Source: an uncultured delta proteobacterium
GTDB lineage: Bacteria; Desulfobacterota; Binatia; UBA9968
Assembly: GCA_963847445.1 (NCBI GenBank)
Contig: CAWJZV010000008.1
Span: 64,001 to 128,000, forward strand
Reading direction: 5' to 3'
DNA length: 64,000 nucleotides
Shown: piece by piece, positions 52,025 to 63,900 of the stretch
How the letters are laid out: each line of letters starts with the position of its first letter
Position numbering within the stretch: position 1 is the stretch's first letter
Translations under genes and position numbers: made by a program
The notes under the pieces: generated by a model
Seen by the model: the letters and a program-made list of their open reading frames with translations, nothing else
The model's database searches: none
Told to the model about the DNA's origin: nothing

Positions 52025-53221
52025 TTACGCCCAGGGGCCGATGTACGGTTCGCCGGTGTAGGTGTCGGATAGCGGTTCGAGGATGTCCGGCCAGTGGTTC
52101 GGATCGACTTTGCGGCGCAATTCTTGCGGCCGCGGTTTGCCGTCCCAGCCCACCTGCTCCATGGAGTAGTAAAGCTCGAGGCAATGGCCGTCGGGATCGA
52201 AGGCGTAGGCGGCGTAGTCGATGCCCGGATGAAGTTCCGGCGGGATGATATCGGTCTCGACGCGCACGCCGTGGCCGCGCAGGAACTGCACCGCGTCTTG
52301 CAGCTGCCGGTAATTGGCCAATTGCAGGCCGAAGGACAGGTTCGACGTGGTTTCGCTCAGGCCGAGCTTTTTGCGCCATGATTTGGGGAAAATTCCCAGC
52401 GAATGATGTTCGTTGTTGCAGCGCAGGAAGGCGCATCGTTCGCCCTGCCAGTCCACTTCTTCGGTCAAGGTAAATCCCAGCACTTCCATGTGCCAGCGTT
52501 TGAGTCTCTCATAATCGTCGACGAACAGTTTCACCGGACCGACGCGAGTGATCTTGAAGGGTTGCGGCAGCAGGACGCCGTCGACGTTGTACTTAAGCGG
52601 CATCGCGCTGACGTAACGGGCGCCGTCGAGGACGGGGATGCCTTTGTTTATGTCCTCGGTGATGAGCTGGTAGTCCGGCAGCTGCGCTTCGCTGGGCGCG
52701 ACCGCGGTGCCGTGGCGCATGGCGACTGGACGGGCGTAACCGTTCCAGCTGATCTGCTCGATGCCATAATAGAGTTCGAAGATCTGTTCGTCCGGCGCCC
52801 AGACGTAGAGGTGAAATTGCGAACCGCCGCCACCGGCACGCCCCTCGCGCATGACCTCGACGCCGATGTCATGAAAATATTTTGTCGCGCCGGCCATCTC
52901 GGCGACGCTTTGGACCTGCCAGGTGATTTGATTGATGTCGTTTTCTTCCCGGAAATGTTTGGCGTTATCGCCGGCGTATTGGCGCTGGTTGAATTTCTTT
53001 TTCTCGAACAGGGCGAACGAGTGATGATCGCCGGCGTGGCGGCCGAAATAACCTGCGCCGGCGGGCTCAGTGATAAAGAAGCCAAGCAAGTCGAAATAGA
53101 AACGCCGGCTGGCTTCTAAGTCGGCGGCGTTGAAACCGAAGTGACCGAGGCGGAGAATCTTAAACGGCCGGTCGAGGGCGACGCCGCCGACGTTGTATTT
53201 TGCTCCATTGATTTTCGCCAT
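52025..53221 (-). CDS. Two-domain VOC protein, extradiol dioxygenase-like
   Basis: RLGHFGF, DHHS, EHHSLG, YAFDPDGHCLELYY. Confidence 0.82.
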   Translation of the reverse strand: MAKINGAKYNVGGVALDRPFKILRLGHFGFNAADLEASRRFYFDLLGFFITEPAGAGYFGRHAGDHHSFALFEKKKFNQRQYAGDNAKHFREENDINQITWQVQSVAEMAGATKYFHDIGVEVMREGRAGGGGSQFHLYVWAPDEQIFELYYGIEQISWNGYARPVAMRHGTAVAPSEAQLPDYQLITEDINKGIPVLDGARYVSAMPLKYNVDGVLLPQPFKITRVGPVKLFVDDYERLKRWHMEVLGFTLTEEVDWQGERCAFLRCNNEHHSLGIFPKSWRKKLGLSETTSNLSFGLQLANYRQLQDAVQFLRGHGVRVETDIIPPELHPGIDYAAYAFDPDGHCLELYYSMEQVGWDGKPRPQELRRKVDPNHWPDILEPLSDTYTGEPYIGPWA

Positions 53222-53439
53222 AGGTCTTTCTCCTCTATGAGCATTCGGCAGTCAATGAGTGATTACTTTACCGGCGCGCTGACTATCGCTTCGGGAGTAT
53301 ATGCCGACGCACCGGATCGACGACCTCACACCGTTGCGGCATCGAGATCGTGGCGCAGCCATAAGCTTTTATAGAAACTTGCCGGCCTGGCGTCAAACCC
53401 GACGAGTTGCCCAGGAAGCTTTCGCAGCCGGCTCCTCAG

Positions 53440-55174
53440 CTACGGCAGGCGCGCGAGATCGAGCAAAACGAGTCCATTGCGATTGAACACCGCCGCTTCT
53501 TGCTGCAGCGATGCGTTCATCAGATAGGCCTTATCTCGCACCGCTGCCAGTCGCGGGCCGATCCGCGAACGCCAGGGCGAGAAATATTCCGGCGGTCGTT
53601 TAGGATCGCTAAAGTGGTGCGTTTCGACCAACAGGTGGGTGACGCCAAACTGGTCTCGTAGCCGCCGCAGCGGCGCGGCGTCGACACTGAAGTAGGCTTC
53701 GAAGACGGCGTCCATGCGCTGGCGCATGGTTTCGACGAATTCAAGGTGGAGCACTTGGTGCAGTTGCGCGGTTAAGAAGGCGTTGCGCCGAGCGGCATAT
53801 TCGATGTTCTTGATTTCGCCGTAGGGCCAACCGGCGACCAAGCTGTTTTTCGGCAGGGCAGCGATGGCTGCGAATAACGGCTGTGACGCCTTTGCCACCA
53901 TGAAGCCTTTTTCAATCTCAACGTTGCCGCGCCCGCCGAAGGCGATGAGATAAACACCGATGATCGCCAGGAATGTGCAGTCGCGCAGTCTGCGGCGCTG
54001 TTTGGAATCTGCCGATGCGGCCGACAAGTAAATATAGCGACCAAGGAAAGATCAAAGTCACGATAAACGGCAACGAGAACATCAAGTAGCGGGTCGGTAT
54101 ATAAAGATAGGGCGCGGCTAGCCAGGCGACGACGTGCAGCAAAACGCAGACAATAAAAAATCCGAGCAAGCGGATTCCGGCGCCACGCTGATCGCTTTGC
54201 AAGACCCTGCGTAGACCCGCTGAGACGACGACTAAAATAGCCAATGCCGCGGCAGCCAACGCGGCGAGCAGCGTCACGGGGTCCAGGTTCTTGTGCAGGT
54301 TGACCCAGGGTGCGATGGCATCGCCGTGGCTATACAGAGGACCGAGATAGTACGACAGCGACTCTTGACCGAAAAGCGGATAGGGAAGCTGATCGTAGGG
54401 ACGATAGTTCCCATCGGCCCCGGCTTCGGGATAGTTGACGGTATCGGCGGCAACCAGACGCCGGCCATAGGCGCCATGACCCAGCAATAACGGCACGAGG
54501 CAGCTCACGGTGAGAAGCCCAGCCGCTGCCAAAGTCGCCAGCCGCCGCCGCAGCGACCAGCGGGTAACGCTACTCTGTTTTGCAAAAAGCGGCAGGATGA
54601 GCCAACCGCTAAGGCAAATGCCGGCGATGCTGGCAACGATCGGATAGAGTAACGCGCCGAGTATCGCCATTAGGCCAAGCAGCCGCGGGCGATCGCGCAC
54701 CAGGGCGTAAAGAGTGATCGCGATCAAGGGATAACCGTACATCCGCGGTGCCCCGCCGATGAATCCCAGGCCGATAAAAATCCATGCGCTGATAGTCAAC
54801 GCCATGACCGCGAAACTGAGCGCGGCCCCGCCCAACAGCCATCCGATGCGCCCCATGACGGCGACAAAGAGGCCGTAGGCTGCGTACATCAAGACCAATT
54901 GAACGTCGCGCACGTCGGCAAACCGGGCGCCGAGCGCGAGCGAGGCTTTGTATAGCGGCGGGCAGATGGCGTTGAGAAAGTATTCTTTTATGTAGGTCGT
55001 CGGTACCGGGTCGTTGGCGTCGAACTTGAAAAAGGCCGGGATGTACTGCACAGCGTCGAACGGCACGAAGTAAGGATCGCGGGCGATTTTCCAATGGTGC
55101 TGGATGCCGGGGCCAAAGAGAAAACCCAGCGACAAGAGGACGAGGAGTAATTTGCCGCAGGCAGGTATGTGCAA
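53440..55174 (-). CDS. Polytopic membrane protein with soluble C-terminal domain, possibly GT-C-like (frameshifted)
   Basis: Many hydrophobic segments; GGAPRMYGYP, LYIPTRY; C-terminal LRDQFGVTHLLV. Confidence 0.6.
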
Positions 55175-55427
55175 TGGTGTTCCTCGGAAATGTCCAAAGC
55201 GAGTTGCGTCAATGATTAGGTCATTCTCCGCTACCTAATTTTCATGGTCAAGCCGCCGCCAACGACTCACTCTAGCCAGCCGATGGCGAAGTTGCCTAAG
55301 ATCGCGCAGCAAAATTGCTGGCGCTGTCGGATGTCGCGGTTGCACGCGACAACGAACTTTGGGATATGATTGGGGGCTGTAAGCTAGGAGCCGACATCAT
55401 AACCACGAGAAGGGAAGCTGCGAAATC

Positions 55428-57165
55428 ATGGCACAAGCAGGGAACAATAATTGGGATCTCGAAGCCGACGTCATCGTCATCGGCTCAGGCGCGGCGGGCT
55501 TGCCGGCGGCGATCAAAGCCGTTGACAATGGCGCATCGGTGATCGTGGTCGAGGCGAATTACGACGTCGGCGGCCACGCGATTCTCAGCGGCGGCCATAT
55601 GGCCCTGGGCGGCGGCACCAGCGCGCAGAAGAAATATAATATTCCCGACTCGCCGGACACGGTGTTCTCCGATCTCACCGATTGGTCTATCGTTCAACCC
55701 AATGGCACGCCGGACTTTCGCTACAACGACCGGGCGGTGATGCGCGCCTTCGCCGATCACTGTGCCACGGCGTTCGAGTTTTTACTGGCCAATGGCGTCG
55801 AGTTCGCCGATAAGGCGCCGGACAATCAAGGCGCGTCAACCACCGGCAACTCGGCGCCGCGGGAAAATCATGCGATTTGGAGCAAAGGCGCGGGGCTGGA
55901 GAGCCCCAACGCGGCCAACGGCACCAGCGTGATCCGGCCACTGGAGGCGAGCGCGCGGGCCAAGGGCGTCAAGTTTTTGCTCAATTACAAAATGACCAGC
56001 CTGATTCGCGAGCCGTCGTCAGAGAAAAATCCCGGCCACGTGATCGGCATCGACGCGCAGTACAACCCGCATATCATGCCGGGCGCGACCGCGCCGCTAA
56101 AGAGTTTTCGCTCCGAAGGCAACATCGACAGCAGCAAACCGACGATGAAATTGCGCGCGCACAAGGCCGTCATCGTCGCCACCGGCGGCAGCACCAGCGA
56201 CGTAAATTTCCGCCGCATGTTCGATCCGCGCTTGACGCCGGAGTTTCAGGTTGGCGGCGAGCCGTACAGTTACCAAGACGCCAGCGGTGAACTCGCCGCC
56301 ATGGCCGTCGGCGCTTCGCTGTGGGGGTTGGTCCATCAGGCGCTGGAGAACGGCGCGACCATGCGCTCCCAGCGCGCCCTGGCGACCAAATATAACTACA
56401 CGACCTGGAAACTTGAGAGTCCGATCTTCCCGTTGGTGAAGTCAACGGGTTTCAACGTCAAAGACTGGCAGGATTTGATTCTCGTCAACCAAGTCGGCCA
56501 GCGGTTCTACGACGAGACCAAGGGCGATCCGCCGCACGGCAACCATGGACATGCAATATCCGGATTGCACGCCGAACGATTATCGCAACGCGGAAAACGT
56601 CAAGTACAATCCAACCCGATACAATTTTGTCAACGCGGCGTTGGCGATGAACGCATACTCCGAGCCGCCGGATTACTGTCCCGGGCCGCAGTGGGCGATC
56701 TTCGACGCCGACGCGGTGGAGCGCGAAGGCTGGAAGGTGGTGCCGCCCTACGTCGATCCCGATGGTTATTTTTTCTCCGGTAACACCCTCGGTGAACTCG
56801 CTGCCGCGATCAAGAATGAATATCAAGCCAAGCCGATGAGGGGGGAAGTTTTGCAAGCGACCGTCGAGCGTTACAACTCTTTCGTCGACGCGGGTGTCGA
56901 TGCCGACTTCGGCAAGCCCGCGCCCAAGTACAAAATCCAAAAGCCGCCGTTCTACGCCGCCTGGGGTACGGTGATCGTCCATGATACCCGCGCCGGTTTG
57001 CGCATCAACGCGCGCTGCCAAGTGGTCGACATGAGCGGGCAAGTGATTCCCGGACTTTACTGCGCCGGTGAATCGGCCGGCGGTTTCAATCAGCATGGCA
57101 TGGGCCGCTGCGTCACCCAGGGTTATATTTGCGGCAGCGACGCGGCGAAGCTGCCGCGACGTTAG
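55428..57165 (+). CDS. FAD-binding oxidoreductase (fumarate reductase/KstD flavoprotein family), frameshifted
   Basis: DVIVIGSGAAG, GGHAILSGG, VIVATGG, ILVNQVGQRF.DE, GLRIN, IPGLYCAGE. Confidence 0.88.
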
Positions 57166-57171
57166 AAGATC

Positions 57172-57242
57172 GTTAGGGGTGAGGCGTCAGGGGTTAGGGG
57201 TTCCGGACGCCTCACCCTCACCCCTCACCCCTCACGATTCAC
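57172..57242. repeat. Inverted pair of heptamer tracts
   Basis: GTTAGGG GTGAGGC GTCAGGG GTTAGGG ... GCCTCAC CCTCAC CCCTCAC CCCTCAC GATTCAC. Confidence 0.75.
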
Positions 57243-57302
57243 GGTTTCGTCGCGGAGTGAACACCTTCGGTCATGAAGTCGAAAATCGAAAGGAAGATGA
57301 AG

Positions 57303-59318
57303 ATGTCACGCAATCAAATTCGCCTGGAGTTCGAGAGCAAAACCAGTTTCGCCGGCGGCAAGTCGTTCGGCGCCGTCGGGCCCTATGAGCGGCTGCTCGG
57401 CATGGTCCATTTCGCCATCGATCCCGATGAAAAAGATCTGCCGTTTGTTTGCGATCTCGAATTCGCGCCGCGCAATGCTGACGGCTTGGTCGAGTTCAAA
57501 GCGGTGATCGATCTGGTCAAGCCGGTGGACATGAGCAAAAGCAATGGCAAGTTGCTATTCGATTTTTCCAATCGCGGCGGGCGCGGCGCGTTCACGCGCT
57601 TGAACGACGGCGGCGGCGACTATACGAAAGAAAATTGCGCCGGCAACGGTTTTCTCAATCGCCAAGGTTACGCGGTGGTCACGGTGGGCTGGCAAGGCGA
57701 TTTGGTTTATAGCGGCAGCAATGTCGTCGCATTCGTGCCGGAAGCGCGCCAGAACGGCCAGCCATTGCGCGGCAAAGTGCGCCAGGAATTTATTTCCGAC
57801 AGAAAGGGAGTCCTTTCGATGCCGGTCAGCGGCGCGGCCAACATTCAATGCTACCCGGTGCTCAATCGCGCCACCGCGACGCTCACCCTTCGGGAAAAAG
57901 AAGCCGACCCTCGGGTGGCGGTTCCGGCGAGCGAATGGGATTTAGCCAAGGCCAAGGAGGTCGACGGTAAGATCGAGCTCAAACCTTCGAACGTCGATCT
58001 TTACATCAAGGGTGGATTCAAGACCGGCTGGATTTACGAATTGATCTACGACACCGAAGGCTCGCGCGTCATGGGGCTCGGCTTCCTCGGTCTGCGCGAT
58101 GTGGTTTCTTTCTTACACCATGGCAGTAAAGATGCCGCCGGTGTGGCCAATCCGCTCGCCGGCGCGATCGACAAGGTCTATGGTTACGGCGCATCGCTGG
58201 CCGGCCGGGTGGTGCGCGAGTTCGTATACGAAGGCTGGAATCGCGACGCCGAGGGGCGCAGAGTTTTCGACGCGGTGCAAACCCATACCGGCATCGGCCG
58301 TTTGTATTGCAACATGCGCTTCGCCCAGATCGGCCGCTATCCGCGCCAGCATGAAGAACATTCCTATCCGTCGGAGCGCTACCCATTTAACTTTGCGGCG
58401 ATTCCCGACCCATTTACCGGCAAAACAGACGCGGTGCTCAAGCGTCCCGACAGCGATCCGTTGCTGGTTCACTGTCATACCTCAAGCGAGTATTGGGAAC
58501 GGCATGGCTCGATGACCCACACCGATCCGCGCGACGGCAGCGACGCTGAGATTCCCGCCAACGTGCGCATGTACATGCTCGCGGGCTCGCCCCACGCGGC
58601 GATCGCCGCCGACAATCCCAAATGGGTCGGTCAACTGCCGCCGAGCAATTTTTCACCGCAGCCGTTCCTGCGCGCCTGTTTCGTTCTCATGGACCGCTGG
58701 GCGAGCGCCGGCGTGGCGCCGCCGCCCAACCGCGTGCCGCGACGTTCAGAGGGACAGTTGGTGTCGCCTAAAGAAGCGCTCAAGCGGTTTCCAAAAATCC
58801 CCGGCGTCAATCTGCCCGCCACGCCAAGCCGCTTGCCGCTATGGAACTACGGTCCCGACTTCGATGAGCGCGGCATCATGAGTATTTTCCCGCCTGAGGC
58901 GGTGCCGGGCAAAGAGTATCCGATCCAAGTACCGCAGGTGGACGCCGACGGCAACGACTTGGGCGGCGTGCGCTACCCGGACATGCAGGCGCCGATCGCG
59001 ACGTATATCGGCTGGGCGCTACGCAAAGCCGGCTTCGCCGAAGGCGAGCTGATGATGACCAACGGTTGTTTGAAGGCCTTTGCGCGCACCAAAGCCGAAC
59101 GCGAAAAAATCGGCGATCCACGCTTGTCGATCGCAGAGCGCTATCCGAGCCATCAGGCCTATGTCGACATCGTCAAACGCGCCGTCGATGAATTGGTCAA
59201 GGAAGGTTTCCTGCTGCCGGAAGACGGCGAAGACTACGTCGCAGCCGCCCAGCGGAAGAACCCGCTGGACCCGGCGGTGACGATCGAGCCGTTGGTGACG
59301 GCAGGCAGGGAGGATTAA
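57303..59318 (+). CDS. Large alpha/beta hydrolase-domain protein
   Basis: FGAVGPYERL, NRGG, GWQGD, GASLAGR (nucleophile elbow), SSEYW, VPQVDADGNDLGG, DPRLSIAERY. Confidence 0.8.
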   Translation: MSRNQIRLEFESKTSFAGGKSFGAVGPYERLLGMVHFAIDPDEKDLPFVCDLEFAPRNADGLVEFKAVIDLVKPVDMSKSNGKLLFDFSNRGGRGAFTRLNDGGGDYTKENCAGNGFLNRQGYAVVTVGWQGDLVYSGSNVVAFVPEARQNGQPLRGKVRQEFISDRKGVLSMPVSGAANIQCYPVLNRATATLTLREKEADPRVAVPASEWDLAKAKEVDGKIELKPSNVDLYIKGGFKTGWIYELIYDTEGSRVMGLGFLGLRDVVSFLHHGSKDAAGVANPLAGAIDKVYGYGASLAGRVVREFVYEGWNRDAEGRRVFDAVQTHTGIGRLYCNMRFAQIGRYPRQHEEHSYPSERYPFNFAAIPDPFTGKTDAVLKRPDSDPLLVHCHTSSEYWERHGSMTHTDPRDGSDAEIPANVRMYMLAGSPHAAIAADNPKWVGQLPPSNFSPQPFLRACFVLMDRWASAGVAPPPNRVPRRSEGQLVSPKEALKRFPKIPGVNLPATPSRLPLWNYGPDFDERGIMSIFPPEAVPGKEYPIQVPQVDADGNDLGGVRYPDMQAPIATYIGWALRKAGFAEGELMMTNGCLKAFARTKAEREKIGDPRLSIAERYPSHQAYVDIVKRAVDELVKEGFLLPEDGEDYVAAAQRKNPLDPAVTIEPLVTAGRED

Positions 59319-59588
59319 AAGCAATGCGAAGAATCGTAGAACAATCTCCGTTAAACTCTGCAGAAGCATGACTTTGACCGGAGATCTGGACGAAGCCTTA
59401 GCCGAACTGCCCGAGGCGATCAATCGCAATGTGCTGGAGTTTATCCGGGGGCACTAGGCGACAGGGACGTGAAGTTTGTCATTCTGGCCGCATCGGTTGC
59501 ATCTTGCTCGGGTTCAAAGCGTGATGAGCGATCTCGTGCAGTTCGCTCGCCGGCAGATAACAGCGAGAGAAGAAAGAGGAGGCCATTT

Positions 59589-60653
59589 GTGATTACTCAT
59601 GGAGCGGGCGTTAAAATAACCGCTTTGGGCGCGCTCTTAGTGTCCGCAGTGCTCTCAGCCGATCGCGGTTTCGCCCAAGCGTCATTTTATCAGGGGAAAA
59701 CCATAACCGTCGTCGCCGGTACCGCGCCGGGAGGAATCGGCGATGGCCGAGTAAAGTCGCTGATTCCGTATCTGCGCAAATACATCCCGGGCAGTCCGGC
59801 GATCGTGGTCGAATACATGGACGGCGGCGGTGGTCGCCAGGTAGGCAACCATATGGCTCGCAACGCCCGGCCGGACGGGCTCACCATCGGCGCATTCAGC
59901 AGCAGCGTGATCTCACTGAATATTCTGCGCGAAAGCGGCGTGATGTACGACATCGATAAATTTTTCTACCTCGGCTCGCCGGAAAGCACCAGCCACCTGG
60001 TGTTCTATACCAGAAAGGAAGCGGGTCTGAGCAATTTGGAGAAACTCCGAGCCACATCAGGAGTCAGAGTCGGTGCTCGGCCGGTTGGGCACAGCGCCTA
60101 CGTCGCGGCCCGTTTATTTGCCTATTATCTCGGTTTAAAAGACAGCAAGTTCATCCCGGGCTACGCGGCTCCGGAGCTAGACGTTGCCCTGCTGCGCGGC
60201 GAGGTCGATGCCAGAGCGAACACCTCGGCGTCGGTCTGGCAGCGCAATCCCGATTGGCTAGAAAAAGGTTTGATGGATTTTCACGCCGCGTTGGAGGTTC
60301 CCAAGGGAATCAAGCCTCCCCGCTTCGGCCATATCCCTGAGATCGAGAGCTTCGCCAAATCTGAAAAAGAGATCAAGCTTCTCACCATGGCGCGAACCTT
60401 CAGACTGACGGGCTCGCCCTACGTCATGCCTCCGGGAACGCCTAAAGATCGCGTGGAGATTGTCCAAGAGGCGATGCGCAAGGCGCTTAAAGATGGCGAT
60501 TTTCAGCGCGAATACCGTAAGATCGTCGGTGAGGACGCCGATCCCCTGATGCCCGAGGAATTGGCCAAGGCCATTCGCGACACCCCACGGGACGCTGAAT
60601 TGATCGAGATGTTCAAAACCCTCTCGGGCCCCGCGCCGCTGCCGGCGCGCTAA
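59589..60653 (+). CDS. Bug/TctC tripartite tricarboxylate transporter receptor
   Basis: FYQGKTITVVAGTAPGG, RPDGLTIG, ALLRGEVD, PPGTPKDRV. Confidence 0.88.
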   Translation: MITHGAGVKITALGALLVSAVLSADRGFAQASFYQGKTITVVAGTAPGGIGDGRVKSLIPYLRKYIPGSPAIVVEYMDGGGGRQVGNHMARNARPDGLTIGAFSSSVISLNILRESGVMYDIDKFFYLGSPESTSHLVFYTRKEAGLSNLEKLRATSGVRVGARPVGHSAYVAARLFAYYLGLKDSKFIPGYAAPELDVALLRGEVDARANTSASVWQRNPDWLEKGLMDFHAALEVPKGIKPPRFGHIPEIESFAKSEKEIKLLTMARTFRLTGSPYVMPPGTPKDRVEIVQEAMRKALKDGDFQREYRKIVGEDADPLMPEELAKAIRDTPRDAELIEMFKTLSGPAPLPAR

Positions 60654-60975
60654 ACCCGCAAGTGAAGATTAGGAAGCAAATCTTTTTCCGCGAGCATATC
60701 GGCGCTTGGGCGCACGCTGGCGCCATTGAAATTGATCTGATCCCTCGATGCTTGTCTCGCATTGGCTGGCACTTCGACTTGAGTCGGTATTCACATCCCA
60801 GCGGTTTCAAGTTGACATAACGCGAACCTATCGAATACGGTTTGACCCACAGATGAGGATAGGTTGCCAGTCGGTTTTCTGAATTAGCTGCTCGCGAGTC
60901 TGAAACACCGGCTTGCATGGTCTGCGGCCCCGATTGCCGCTTGATCAGGAATTCACACCCCACGAGAGGTCGGTC

Positions 60976-63900
60976 ATGAAAAAGACAACGAAAGCCAAAC
61001 GATCCACCGCTGCCACACGGAAGCCCGCAACTCGCGCCGCCGCGGCCGTCGAGGTCGAACGACGAGTCTCGGCGCTCGACTGGAAGGAACTCGCGACCGG
61101 TTTGGGCGGCGCGACCCGCGGCACAGGCGGCATATCAGAGAACGACCTGAGGGATTACTTCGGCGCCGAGGAATTCGAGCGGCTTCAGCAGCTCGCCGGA
61201 TTCAGTCAGACCGTGCGGTCGCGCTCGGCGCCGCTCGGCAACGTGATCTTTCTCCACGGCATCACCGGCTCGGACCTGGGCGTTGCCGCCGGTTCGGGAG
61301 AGCCGGACGAAGTCTGGGTGAACTTTTTCCGCCTGATCAACGGCCGCATCGAACGCCTCAAGCTCGCCGCGGACGGCGCCAAGGAAGCGGACCGCACTTG
61401 GCGAGTCGTGCCGATGGGGGTGAATAAGCGCTACTACGCCCGCGCCGTGCTCGCCCTCGGCGGCCGCTGGAACGTCACGCCCTTCGCCTACGACTGGCGC
61501 AAAGACATCGACGACTCTTCGAACGAGCTCGCTAAGCTCATCCGCCGCGACTTTCAGGGCAAGCCCGTGCATCTCGTCGCCCACTCGATGGGCGGGCTGG
61601 TCTGCCGCAATTTTATCCGGCTGCACCAGGATCTTTGGGAGGCCATGAAAGACCCTGGGCTCGTGCGCGGCGGGCGCCTGATCATGCTCGGCACACCGAA
61701 CTACGGCTCGTTCGCCATCCCGCAGGTAATCACCGGGCAGGACAAGATGATCAGCCTGCTCGCCACGCTCGACGTGAGGCACGATCTGGGCGAACTCCTC
61801 GAGGTTACCAACTCGTTCGTCGGCAGTTACATGATGCTTCCGGCCCCGGCGAAGCTGACTCCCGCGCTCCAGAAGCTGTATCGCGGCGAAACCTGGGGTG
61901 AGAGCACAGGGCTGGTGTCGCAGCGCCACCTCGACCGCTCCTATCAGTTCCATCACGATCTCGAGGCTGCTGCGCCGACTATCGACCCGACGCGCATGAT
62001 CTACGTCGCAGGATGCCGGCAGGCGACACTGTCCGGGTTGAAGATCGCCAGCCGCGGCGACTTCGATTACGAGTTGACCTACGCCGGCGACGGGCGGGTG
62101 CCGCACGACCTCGGCCTGCTGGAGAACGTGCCGACCTACTACGTCGACGAAGCGCATGGCGATCTTGCGCGCAACGAATCGGTCATCGCCGCCGTCGATG
62201 AGTTGCTCGAAAGAGGCCAGACGGCGACGCTCGGGACACAGGTGCTGCGCGCGGTGAAACGCGCGGCGCCGACGATGCGCGACTACCGTACACCTGAGGA
62301 TAAGCAGCTTATCGAGGATCTCGGGCGGCTCGCGCGCAAGGCCGAGGCAACTCACCAGGCTGTTCGCGGCGCCGGTGCGCGCGCCGACGAGACCGAACGT
62401 GCCGCGCTGCGCGCCACCTTCACCGACGAAGAGGCGCGCTTCGCCGAAGACGCAATCGTCAAGGCTGCGCTCGGCGGCCGCGGCCGCCCGGCGCAGCAGA
62501 TAGCGGTGCAACCGATGTCGCCGGCGGTGCGCGCTCAGATCAAGCCAATCAACGTCACCCTGCTCAAGGGCGACATCACCGAGGTCGAGGCACCGCTTGT
62601 CGTCGTCGGCCATTACAAGGGCGTGCCGCCGACGCGCGCGGTCGGCGCCATCGACCATAAACTCGGCGGCTGGATCGAGCGTGCCGGGCGCCTGGGCATG
62701 ATCGGCGGGAACCTCGGCGAGACGTTCTTCGTGCCGAACGTCGCCAATGCGTTAAAGGCCGGAGGCGCGGTCCTCGCAGGCATGGGCGAGTTCGGCAAGT
62801 TCACGCGTGATGACCTGGTGCTCCTCATGTCGAACGTGACCATAGGCGTATCGGCTCTCGGCCTGAAGGGCTACGCCAGCGTGCTGATCGGTTCCGGTGA
62901 AGGCAACCTCGACCGCGAGAGCGCGCTCAAGGCTTTTCTCGAGGGCGTCGCTGCCGGCGCCGAGCGCTTCGAGAAGGAGTCCGACGGCAGACTGGCGGCG
63001 TCTCGGTCGCTGACGATCGTCGAGAAGTACGACGCCCCGTTCAAGAGCCTGGAAGAGCAGCTTCGGCGGCTGGCAGGACCCCAATCCTCAAGGGCGGGTA
63101 AAGAGCGGACAAGCGGCCGCAAGTCCGCGCGCCCGCAAGGCAAGGCGTCGCGCATCGACGAGGCGGAGGCGAACGCGCCGATCACGCTCACCGTCAAAAA
63201 GGGCGCGCGCTCGGCGGCCAAGCCGGCGCAGCGCGACAGAGCCGGGAAAAGGGCCGACGTTCCATCGAGCCTGGATGAAGTGCGGCTCACCGTCGAGCAG
63301 TTGAAGGAGGGCACGTTCCGCTTCTCGGCTCTCGCGGAGACGGCCGTCGTGCCGGTGCGCGAGGTCGAGATCAACGCGACATTCGCCAGGGGCGCCGCCG
63401 ACCGGTTGATGAGCTCGACGACGCGCGACGAGCAGATCAAGTTCGGCGAGCTGCTCTACACCTACCTGGTGCCGGAAGACTTTCACCGGATGATCGATAG
63501 CGGCAAACCGCTCAAGCTCATCCTCGACCGCAGCACCGCCTCGTATCCTTGGGAGATGGCATGCTTCCGCAGCGCGCAGAATCCGAATCGCGTCTCGAGC
63601 CTCGGCGTCGACCTGCGCGTGACACGCCAGTTCCGCACGCTGCTTTCGAGCGCGCCGGGCATGAAGCCGGTGCTCAACCGCAACCTCAAGGTGCTGATCA
63701 TCGCCGACCCTGCGCGGGAGCCGGACTACCAGCTACCGGGCGCGCGCCGCGAGGGACGCGAGGTGGCGAGCGTCTTCCGCAACTTCCCGGCGAAGCAGCA
63801 CGGGATCTTTATCGAGGTCGATGAACATATCGGCCCCGATCAATGCGACCCGGTCGAGATCCTGGCGCTGCTGCTCTCCGGAGCATTCGATATCGTGCAT

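Noticed and set aside
51931-57242. Short repeat tracts as a CRISPR array
   Set aside because: Units are 7 nt with no unique spacers and there are no cas genes; no 23-47 nt spaced repeats were seen anywhere in the window.
59324-59457. Small gene after the large hydrolase
   Set aside because: Only a short tail (ELPEAINRNVLEFIRGH) resembling an alpha/beta-hydrolase C-terminus; likely a remnant and too short to support.
60767-60783. Sigma-54 promoter upstream of the CHAT gene (TGGCACTTCGACTTGA)
   Set aside because: Lacks the -12 GC at the required spacing.
61135-63701. Minus-strand ORFs (e.g. 507 aa at 61135..62658)
   Set aside because: Antisense shadows of the long + strand lipase/CHAT gene; no motifs.
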